A stretch of 64,000 bases of DNA from Lingula anatina. Taxonomy: Eukaryota; Animalia; Brachiopoda. Positions 52,701 through 64,000 of the stretch are shown in pieces (the stretch's first letter is position 1; each line of letters starts with the position of its first letter). The notes under the pieces were generated by a model. It made no database searches, had not been told where the DNA came from, and worked only from the letters and a program-made list of their open reading frames with translations. The stretch spans positions 4,340,001 through 4,404,000 of the forward strand of contig JBPQGU010000016.1 in the NCBI GenBank assembly GCA_051362555.1, written 5' to 3'. A program made the position numbers and the translations under genes.

Positions 52701-55700
52701 AAATCGACCCGTCTCCGATTTTTCCAACAAGTGACGAAAATCAATCTACCACACCTGTCATTCATAGAAAATGTGGAAACGCGCCCGGGTCACTTCATCA
52801 AGGCCCCCAATTCTAGCTTTAAAGATGATCCAAAAATAAGCTCTGAGAACAGAATCTGAGAGGGGGGGAGACAGAGTTTTTGCTCTATTTCTTCCTTAAT
52901 GTTGACACCACCACTCTTCCAGCACTTTATTCTTACTACAAATGACCGAACACATCTACCTGACACTATAATGAAGAAAAAAAATTTTCATCCCTACCTG
53001 GCCAAAATTGAAGAAATCTCACAGTGCCGGCACTGTTCAAAATCACTCAAAATCACCAAAAATCGACCCGTCTCCGATTTTTCCAAAAAGTGACGAAAAT
53101 CAATCTACCACACCTGTCATTCATAAAAAATGTGGAAACGCGCCCGGGTCACTTCATCAAGGCCCCCAATTCTAGCTTTAAAGATGATCCAAAAATAAGC
53201 TCTGAGAACAGAATCTGAGAGGGGGGGGTAGAGACAGAATTTTTGCTCTATTTCTTCCTTAATGTTGACACCCCTACTCTTCCAGCACTTTATTCTTACT
53301 ACAAATGACCAACACACCTACCTGACACTATAATGAAGAAAAAAAATTTTCATCCCTACCTGGCCGAAATTGAAGAAATCTCACAGTGCCGGCACTGTTC
53401 AAAATCACTCAAAATCACCAAAAATCGACCCGTCTCCGATTTTTCCAAAAAGTGACGAAAATCAATCTACCACACCTGTCATTCATAAAAAATGTGGAAA
53501 CGCGCCCGGGTCACTTCATCAAGGCCCCCAATTCTAGCTTTAAAGATGATCCAAAAATAAGCTCTGAGAACAGAATCTGAGAGGGGGGGGGGGAGACAGA
53601 GTTTTTGCTCTATCTCTTCAATAATGTTGACACCACCACTCTTCCAGCACTTTATTCTTACTACAAATGACCGAACACACCTACCTGACAGTATAATGAA
53701 GAAAAAAAATTTTCATCCCTACCTGGCCAAAATTGAAGAAATCTCACAGTGCCGGCACTGTTCAAAATCACTCAAAATCACCAAAAATCGACCCGTCTCC
53801 GATTTTTCCAAAAAGTGACGAAAATCAATCTACCACACCTGTCATTCATAAAAAATGTGGAAACGCGCCCGGGTCACTTCATCAAGGCCCCCAATTCTAG
53901 CTTTAAAGATGATCCAAAAATAAGCTCTGAGAACAGAATCTGAGAGGGGGGGGAGACAGAGTTTTTGCTCTATTTCTTCCTTAATGTTGACACCACCACT
54001 CTTCCAGCACTTTATTCTTACTACAAATGACCGAACACATCTACCTGACACTATAATGAAGAAAAAAAATTTTCATCCCTACCTGGCCAAAATTGAAGAA
54101 ATCTCACAGTGCCGGCACTGTTCAAAATCACTCAAAATCACCAAAAATCGACCCGTCTCCGATTTTTCCAACAAGTGACGAAAATCAATCTACCACACCT
54201 GTCATTCATAGAAAATGTGGAAACGCGCCCGGGTCAATTCATCAAGGCCCCCAATTCTAGCTTTAAAGATGATCCAAAAATAAGCTCTGAGAACAGAATC
54301 TGAGAGGGGGGGGGGGGGAGACAGAGTTTTTGCTCTATCTCTTCAATAATGTTGACACCACCACTCTTCCAGCACTTTATTCTTACTACAAATGACCGAA
54401 CACACCTACCTGACACTATAATGAAGAAAAAAAATTTTCATCCCTACCTGGCCAAAATTGAAGAAATCTCACAGTGCCGGCACTGTTCAAAATCACTCAA
54501 AATCACCAAAAATCGACCCGTCTCCGATTTTTCCAAAAAGTGACGAAAATCAATCTACCACACCTGTCATTCATAAAAAATGTGGAAACGCGCCCGGGTC
54601 ACTTCATCAAGGCCCCCAATTCTAGCTTTAAAGATGATCCAAAAATAAGCTCTGAGAACAGAATCTGAGAGGGGGGGGGAGACAGAGTTTTTGCTCTATT
54701 TCTTCCTTGATGTTGACACCACCACTCTTCCAGCACTTTATTCTTACTACAAATGACCGAACACATCTACCTGACACTATAATGAAGAAAAAAAATTTTC
54801 ATCCCTACCTGGCCAAAATTGAAGAACTCTCACAGTGCCGGCACTGTTCAAAATCACTTTAAATCACCAAAAATCGACCCGTCTCCGATTTTTCCAAAAA
54901 GTGACGAAAATCAATCTACCACACCTGTCATTCATAAAAAGTGTGGAAACGCGCCCGGGTCACTTCATCAAGGCCCCCAATTCTAGCTTTAAAGATGATC
55001 CAAAAATAAGCTCTGAGAACAGAATCTGAGAGGGGGGGGAGACAGAGTTTTTGCTCTATTTCTTCCTTAATGTTGACACCACCACTCTTCCAGCACTTTA
55101 TTCTTACTATAAATGACCGAACACATCTACCTGACACTATAATGAAGAAAAAAAATTTTCATCCCTACCTGGCCAAAATTGAAGAAATCTCACAGTGCCG
55201 GCACTGTTCAAAATCACTCAAAATCACCAAAAATCGACCCGTCTCTGATTTTTCCAACAAGTGACGAAAATCAATCTACCACACCTGTCATTCATAGAAA
55301 ATGTGGAAACGCGCCCGGGTCAATTCATCAAGGCCCCCAATTCTAGCTTTAAAGATGATCCAAAAATAAGCTCTGAGAACAGAATCTGAGAGGGGGGGAG
55401 ACAGAGTTTTTGCTCTATTTCTTCCTTAATGTTGACACCACCACTCTTCCAGCACTTTATTCTTACTACAAATGACCGAACACATCTACCTGACACTATA
55501 ATGAAGAAAAAAAATTTTCATCCCTACCTGGCCAAAATTGAAGAAATCTCACAGTGCCGGCACTGTTCAAAATCATTCAAAATCACCAAAAATCGACCCG
55601 TCTCCGATTTTTCCAAAAAGTGACGAAAATCAATCTACCACACCTGTCATTCATAAAAAATGTGGAAACGCGCCCGGGTCACTTCATCAAGGCCCCCAAT

Positions 55701-58700
55701 TCTAGCTTTAAAGATGATCCAAAAATAAGCTCTGAGAACAGAATCTGAGAGGGGGGGGGGGGAGACAGAGTTTTTGCTCTATTTCTTCCTTAATGTTGAC
55801 CCCACCACTCTTCCAGCACTTTATTCTTACTACAAATGACTGAACACACCTACCTGACACTATAATGAAGAAAAAAATTTTCATCCCTACCTGGCCAAAA
55901 TTGAAGAAATCTCACAGTGCCGGCACTGTTCAAAATCACTCAAAATCACCAAAAATCGACCCGTCTCCGCTTTTTCCAAAAAGTGACGAAAATCAATCTA
56001 CCACACCTGTCATTCATAAAAAATGAGGAAACGCGCCCGGGTCACTTCATCAAGGCCCCCAATTCTAGCTTTAAAGATGATCCAAAAATAAGCTCTGAGA
56101 ACAGAATCTGAGAGGGGGGGGGAGACAGAGTTTTTGCTCTATTTCTTCCTTAATGTTGACACCACCACTCTTCCAGCACTTTATTCTTACTACAAATGAC
56201 CCAACACATCTACCTGACACTATAATGAAGAAAAAAAATTTTCATCCCTACCTGGCCAAAATTGAAGAAATCTCACAGTGCCGGCACTGTTCAAAATCAC
56301 TCAAAATCACCAAAAATCGACCCGTCTCCGATTTTTCCAAAAAGTGACGAAAATCAATCTACCACACCTGTCATTCATAAAAAATGTGGAAACGCGCCCG
56401 GGTCACTTCATCAAGGCCCCCAATTCTAGCTTTAAAGATGATCCAAAAATAAGCTCTGAGAACAGAATCTGAGAGGGGGGGGGGGGGGAGACAGAGTTTT
56501 TGCTCTATTTCTTCCTTAATGTTGACACCACCACTCTTCCAGCACTTTATTCTTACTGCAAATGACCGAACACACCTACCTGACACTATAATGAAGAAAA
56601 AAAATTTTCATCCCTACCTGGCCAAAATTGAAGAAATCTCACAGTGCCGGCACTGTTCAAAATCACTCAAAATCACCAAAAATCGACCCGTCTCCGATTT
56701 TTCCAAAAAGTGACGAAAATCAATCTACCACACCTGTCATTCATAAAAAATGTGGAAACGCGCCCGGGTCACTTCATCAAGGCCCCCAATTCTAGCTTTA
56801 AAGATGATCCAAAAATAAGCTCTGAGAACAGAATCTGAGAGGGGGGGGGAGACAGAGTTTTTGCTCTATTTCTTCCTTAATGTTGACACCACCACTCTTC
56901 CAGCACTTTATTCTTACTACAAATGACCGAACACACCTACCTGACACTATAATGAAGAAAAAAAATTTTCATCCCTACCTGGCCAAAATTGAAGAAATCT
57001 CACAGTGCCGGCACTGTTCAAAATCACTCAAAATCACCAAAAATCGACCCGTCTCCGATTTTTCAAAAAAGTGACGAAAATCAATCTACCACACCTGTCA
57101 TTCATAAAAAATGTGGAAACGCGCCTGGGTCACTTCATCAAGGCCCCCAATTCTAGCTTTAAAGATGATCCAAAAATAAGCTCTGAGAACAGAATCTGAG
57201 AGGGGGGGGGGAGACAGAGTTTTTGCTCTATTTCTTCCTTTATGTTGACACCACCACTCTTCCAGCACTTTATTCTTACTACAAATGACCGAACACACCT
57301 ACCTGACACTATAATGAAGAAAAAAAATTTTCATCCCTACCTGGCCAAAATTGAAGAAATCTCACAGTGCCGGCACTGTTCAAAATCACTCAAAATCACC
57401 AAAAATCGACCCTTCTCCGATTTTTCCAAAAAGTGACGAAAATCAATCTACCACACCTGTCATTCATAAAAAATGTGGAAACGCGCTCGGGTCACTTCAT
57501 CAAGGCCCCCAATTCTAGCTTTAAAGATGATCCAAAAATAAGCTCTGAGAACAGAATCTGAGAGGGGGGGGAGACAGAGTTTTTGCTCTATTTCTTCCTT
57601 AATGTTGACACCACCACTCTTCCAGCACTTTATTCTTACTGCAAATGACCGAACACACCTACCTGACACTATAATGAAGAAAAAAAATTTTCATCCCTAC
57701 CTGGCCAAAATTGAAGAAATCTCACAGTGCCGGCACTGTTCAAAATCACTCAAAATCACCAAAAATCGACCCGTCTCCGATTTTTCCAAAAAGTGACGAA
57801 AATCAATCTACCACACCTGTCATTCATAAAAAATGTGGAAACGCGCCCGGGTCACTTCATCAAGGCCCCCAATTCTAGCTTTAAAGATGATCCAAAAATA
57901 AGCTCTGAGAACAGAATCTGAGAGGGGGGGGGAGACAGAGTTTTTGCTCTATTTCTTCCTTAATGTTGACACCACCACTCTTCCAGCACTTTATTCTTAC
58001 TACAAATGACCGAACACACCTACCTGACACTATAATGAAGAAAAAAAATTTTCATCCCTACCTGGCCAAAATTGAAGAAATCTCACAGTGCCGGCACTGT
58101 TCAAAATCACTCAAAATCACCAAAAATCGACCCGTCTCCGATTTTTCCAAAAAGTGACGAAAATCAATCTACCACACCTGTCATTCATAAAAAATGTGGA
58201 AACGCGCCCGGGTCACTTCATCAAGGCCCCCAATTCTAGCTTTAAAGATGATCCAAAAATAAGCTCTGAGAACAGAATCTGAGAGGGGGGGGGAGACAGA
58301 GTTTTTGCTCTATTTCTTCCTTAATGTTGACACCACCACTCTTCCAGCACTTTATTCTTACTACAAATGACCGAACACACCTACCTGACACTATAATGAA
58401 GAAAAAAAATTTTCATCCCTACCTGGCCAAAATTGAAGAAATCTCACAGTGCCGGCACTGTTCAAAATCACTCAAAATCACCAAAAATCGACCCGTCTCC
58501 GATTTTTCAAAAAAGTGACGAAAATCAATCTACCACACCTGTCATTCATAAAAAATGTGGAAACGCGCCTGGGTCACTTCATCAAGGCCCCCAATTCTAG
58601 CTTTAAAGATGATCCAAAAATAAGCTCTGAGAACAGAATCTGAGAGGGGGGGGGGAGACAGAGTTTTTGCTCTATTTCTTCCTTTATGTTGACACCACCA

Positions 58701-61700
58701 CTCTTCCAGCACTTTATTCTTACTACAAATGACCGAACACACCTACCTGACACTATAATGAAGAAAAAAAATTTTCATCCCTACCTGGCCAAAATTGAAG
58801 AAATCTCACAGTGCCGGCACTGTTCAAAATCACTCAAAATCACCAAAAATCGACCCTTCTCCAATTTTTCCAAAAAGTGACGAAAATCAATCTACCACAC
58901 CTGTCATTCATAAAAAATGTGGAAACGCGCTCGGGTCACTTCATCAAGGCCCCCAATTCTAGCTTTAAAGATGATCCAAAAATAAGCTCTGAGAACAGAA
59001 TCTGAGAGGGGGGGGGAGACAGAGTTTTTGCTCTATTTCTTCCTTAATGTTGACACCACCACTCTTCCAGCACTTTATTCTTACTACAAATGACCGAACA
59101 CACCTACCTGACACTATAATGAAGAAAAAAAATTTTCATCCCTACCTGGCCAAAATTGAAGAAATCTCACAGTGCCGGCACTGTTCAAAATCACTCAAAA
59201 TCACCAAAAATCGACCCGTCTCCGATTTTTCCAAAAAGTGACGAAAATCAATCTACCACACCTGTCATTCATAAAAAATGTGGAAACGCACCCGGGTCAC
59301 TTCAATAAGGCCCCCAATTCTAGCTTTAAAGATGATCCAAAAATAAGCTCTGAGAACAGAATCTGAGAGGGGGGGGGGAGACAGAGTTTTTGCTCTATTT
59401 CTTCCTTAATGTTGACACCACCACTCTTCCAGCACTTTATTCTTACTACAAATGACCGAACACACCTACCTGACACTATAATGAAGAAAAAAAATTTTCA
59501 TCCCTACCTGGCCAAAATTGAAGAAATCTCACAGTGCCGGCACTGTTCAAAATCACTCAAAATCACCAAAAATCGACCCGTCTCCGATTTTTCCAAAAAG
59601 TGACGAAAATCAATCTACCACACCTTTCATTCAAAAAAAATGTGGAAACGCGCCCGGGTCACTTCATCAAGGCCCCCAATTCTAGCTTTAAAGATGATCC
59701 AAAAATAAGCTCTGAGAACAGAATCTGAGAGGGTGGGGGAGACAGAGTTTTTGCTCTATTTCTTCCTTAATGTTGACACCACCACTCTTCCAGCACTTTA
59801 TTCTTACTACAAATGACCGAACACACCTACCTGACACTATAATGAAGAAAAAAAATTTACATCCCTACCTGGCCAAAATTGAAGAAATCTCACAGTGCCG
59901 GCACTGTTCAAAATCACTCAAAATCACCAAAAATCGACCCGTCTCCGATTTTTCCAAAAAGTGACGAAAATCAATCTACCACACCTGTCATTCATAAAAA
60001 ATGTGGAAACGCGCCCAGGTGACTTCATCAAGGCCCCCAATTCTAGCTTTAAAGATGATCCAAAAATAAGCTCTGAGAACAGAATCTGAGAGGGGGGGGG
60101 GGGGGAGACAGAGTTTTTGCTCTATTTCTTCCTTAATGTTGACACCACCACTCTTCCAGCACTTTATTCTTACTACAAATGACCGAACACACCTACCTGA
60201 CACTATAATGAAGAAAAAAAATTTACATCCCTACCTGGCCAAAATTGAAGAAATCTCACAGTGCCGGCACTGTTCAAAATCACTCAAAATCACCAAAAAT
60301 CGACCCGTCTCCAATTTTTCCAAAAAGTGACGAAAATCAATCTACCACACCTGTCATTCATAAAAAATGTGGAAACGCGCCCAGGTGACTTCATCAAGGC
60401 CCCCAATTCTAGCTTTAAAGATGATCCAAAAATAAGCTCTGAGAACAGAATCTGAGAGGGGGGGGGGAGACAGAGTTTTTGCTCTATTTCTTCCTTAATG
60501 TTGACACCACCACTCTTCCAGCACTTTATTCTTACTACAAATGACCGAACACACCTACCTGACACTATAATGAAGAAAAAAAATTTTCATCCCTACCTGG
60601 CCAAAATTGAAGAAATCTCACAGTGCCGGCACTGTTCAAAATCACTCAAAATCACCAAAAATCGACCCGTCTCCGATTTTTCCAAAAAGTGACGAAAATC
60701 AATCTACCACACCTGTCATTCATAAAAAATGTGGAAACGCGCCCGGGTCACTTCATCAAGGCCCCCAATTCTAGCTTTAAAGATGATCCAAAAATAAGCT
60801 CTGAGAACAGAATCTGAGAGGGGGGGGGGGGAGACAGAGTTTTTGCTCTATTTCTTCCTTTATGTTGACACCACCACTCTTCCAGCACTTTATTCTTACT
60901 ACAAATGACCGAACACACCTACCTGACACTATAATGAAGAAAAAAAATTTTCATCCCTACCTGGCCAAAATTGAAGAAATCTCACAGTGCCGGCACTGTT
61001 CAAAATCACTCAAAATCACCAAAAATCGACCCGTCTCCTATTTTTCCAAAAAGTGACGAAAATCAATCTACCACACCTGTTATTCATAAAAAATGTGGAA
61101 ACGCGCCCGGGTCACTTCATCAAGGCCCCCAATTCTAGCTTTAAAGATGATCCAAAAATAAGCTCTGAGAACAGAATCTGAGAGGGGGGGGGGGGAGACA
61201 GAGTTTTTGCTATATTTTTTCCTTAATGTTGACACCACCACTCTTCCAGCACTTTATTCTTTCTACAAATGACCGAACACACCTACCTGACACTATAATG
61301 AAGAAAAAAAATTTTCATCCCTACCTGGCCAAAATTGAAGACATCTCACAGTGCCGGCACTGTTCAAAATCACTCAAAATCACCAAAAATCGACCCGTCT
61401 CCGATTTTTGCAAAAAGTGACGAAAATCAATCTACCACACCTGTCATTCATAAAAAATGTGGAAACGCGCCCGGGTCACTTCATCAAGGCCCCCAATTCT
61501 AGCTTTAAAGATGATCCAAAAATAAGCTCTGAGAACAGAATCTGAGAGGGGGGGGGGGAGACAGAGTTTTTGCTCTATTTCTTCCTTAATGTTGACACCA
61601 CCACTCTTCCAGCACTTTATTCTTACTACAAATGACCGAACACACCTACCTGACACTATAATGAAGAAAAAAAATTTTCATCCCTACCTGGCCAAAATTG

Positions 61701-64000
61701 AAGAAATCTCACAGTGCCGGCACTGTTCAAAATCACTCAAAATCACCAAAAATCGACCCGTCTCCGATTTTTCCAAAAAGTGACGAAAATCAATCTACCA
61801 CACCTGTCATTCATAAAAAATGTGGAAACGCGCCCAGGTCACTTCATCAAGGCCCCCAATTCTTGCTTTAAAGATGATCCAAAAATAAGCTCTGAGAACA
61901 GAATCTGAGAGGGGGGGGGGGAGACAGAGTTTTTGCTCTATTTCTTCCTTAATGTTGACACCACCACTCTTCCAGCACTTTATTCTTACTACAAATGACT
62001 GAACACACCTACCTGACACTATAATGAAGAAAAAAAATTTTCATCCCTACCTGGCCAAAATTGAAGAAATCTCACAGTGCCGGCACTGTTCAAAATCACT
62101 CAAAATCACCAAAAATCGACCCGTCTCCGATTTTTCCAAAAAGTGACGAAAATCAATCTACCACACCTGTCATTCATAAAAAATGTGGAAACGCGCCCGG
62201 GTCACTTCATCAAGGCCCCCAATTCTAGCTTTAAAGATGATCCAAAAATAAGCTCTGAGAACAGAATCTGAGAGGGGGGGGGGAGACAGAGTTTTTGCTC
62301 TATTTCTTCCTTAATGTTGACACCACCACTCTTCCAGCACTTTATTCTTACTACAAATGACCGAACACACCTACCTGACACTATAATGAAGAAAAAAAAT
62401 TTTCATCCCTACCTGGCCAAAATTGAAGAAATCTCACAGTGCCGGCACTGTTCAAAATCACTCAAAATCACCAAAAATCGACCCGTCTCCGATTTTTCCA
62501 AAAAGTGACGAAAATCAATCTACCACACCTGTCATTCATAAAAAATGTGGAAACGCACCCGGGTCACTTCATCAAGGCCCCCAATTCTAGCTTTAAAGAT
62601 GATCCAAAAATAAGCTCTGAGAACAGAATCTGAGAGGGGGGGGGGAGACAGAGTTTTTGCTCTATTTCTTCCTTAATGTTGACACCACCACTCTTCCAGC
62701 ACTTTATTCTTACTACAAATGACCGAACACACCTACCTGACACTATAATGAAGAAAAAAAATTTTCATCCCTACCTGGCCAAAATTGAAGAAATCTCACA
62801 GTGCCGGCACTGTTCAAAATCACTCAAAATCACCAAAAATCGACCCGTCTCCGATTTTTCCAAAAAGTGACGAAAATCAATCTACCACACCTGTCATTCA
62901 TAAAAAATGTGGAAACGCGCCCGGGTCACTTCATCAAGGCCCCCAATTCTAGCTTTAAAGATGATCCAAAAATAAGCTCTGAGAACAGAATCTGAGAGGG
63001 GGGGGGGGAGACAGAGTTTTTGCTCTATTTCTTCCTTAATGTTGACACCACCACTCTTCCAGCACTTTATTCTTACTACAAATGACCGAACACACCTACC
63101 TGACACTATAATGAAGAAAAAAAATTTTCATCCCTACCTGGCCAAAATTGAAGAAATCTCACAGTGCCGGCACTGTTCAAAATCACTCAAAATCACCAAA
63201 AATCGACCCGTCTCCGATTTTTCCAAAAAGTGACGAAAATCAATCTACCACACCTGTTATTCATAAAAAATGTGGAAACGCGCCCGGGTCACTTCATCAA
63301 GGCCCCCAATTCTAGCTTTAAAGATGATCCAAAAATAAGCTCTGAGAACAGAATCTGAGAGGGGGGGGGGGGGAGACAGAGTTTTTGCTCTATCTCTTCA
63401 ATAATGTTGACACCACCACTCTTCCAGCACTTTATTCTTACTACAAATGACCGAACACACCTACCTGACAGTATAATGAAGAAAAAAAATTTTCATCCCT
63501 ACCTGGCCAAAATTGAAGAAATCTCACAGTGCCGGCACTGTTCAAAATCACTCAAAATCACCAAAAATCGACCCGTCTCCGATTTTTCCAAAAAGTGACG
63601 AAAATCAATCTACCACACCTGTCATTCATAAAAAATGTGGAAACGCGCCCGGGTCACTTCATCAAGGCCCCCAATTCTAGCTTTAAAGATGATCCAAAAA
63701 TAAGCTCTGAGAACAGAATCTGAGAGGGGGGGGGGGAGACAGAGTTTTTGCTCTATTTCTTCCTTAATGTTGACACCACCACTCTTCCAGCACTTTATTC
63801 TTACTACAAATGACCGAACACACCTACCTGACACTATAATGAAGAAAAAAAATTTTCATCCCTACCTGGCCAAAATTGAAGAAATCTCACAGTGCCGGCA
63901 CTGTTCAAAATCACTCAAAATCACCAAAAATCGACCCGTCTCCGATTTTTCCAAAAAGTGACGAAAATCAATCTACCACACCTGTCATTCATAAAAAATG
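31780..64000 (+). repeat. Satellite DNA array, ~361-bp monomer (right arm)
   Basis: The same monomer resumes in register and in the same orientation after the insertion and continues to the right edge. Confidence 0.99.
38109..46758 (+). repeat. Two tandem copies of a 12-monomer, 4325-bp higher-order unit
   Basis: Diagnostic variants and monomer starts recur at a constant offset of 4325 (38109/42434, 38468/42793, 40626/44951, 40987/45312, 42037/46362). Confidence 0.92.

Noticed and set aside
176-63961. Hundreds of 60-100 aa ORFs (MLTPPLFQH..., MPALFKITQ..., MSGRCVRSF...)
   Set aside because: They are repeat-derived, overlap in several frames, are freely broken by stops and frameshifts, and show no recognisable domain. 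The CRHC tetrapeptide is simply the translation of the palindrome.
1-64000. CRISPR-like array or tandem RNA gene cluster (5S, tRNA, snRNA, SL)
   Set aside because: There are no unique spacers and no cas genes. I could not recognise an RNA-gene sequence or Pol III A/B boxes; an Rfam search would be needed to exclude this formally.

Overview
Eukaryotic (most likely animal) satellite DNA. The whole window is a head-to-tail tandem array of a ~361-bp A/C-rich monomer: roughly 175 copies, all in one orientation, usually a few differences from consensus, with a variable G7-G16 tract. The ORF-track entries are by-products of this repeat, and there is no evidence that any is a gene. The array is interrupted once, at 31112-31779, by a 668-bp non-autonomous DNA transposon with perfect 77-bp terminal inverted repeats (CA...TG ends) and an 8-bp target-site duplication (CCAAAAAT). 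Inside it is a disrupted N-terminal fragment of a RecQ-type SF2 helicase (ELKP/QFEAL...DVICVLPTGYGKSLIF) that the ORF track missed. This points to a helicase-encoding TIR transposon resembling AcademH but with a shorter TSD. The array also records its own turnover: local 3-4-mer higher-order repeats, a very recent 12-mer (4325-bp) tandem duplication, 8-9 kb offset duplications, CpG-biased mutation, and a templated inverted insertion at 15891-15915 in the centre of the monomer's 16-bp palindrome.
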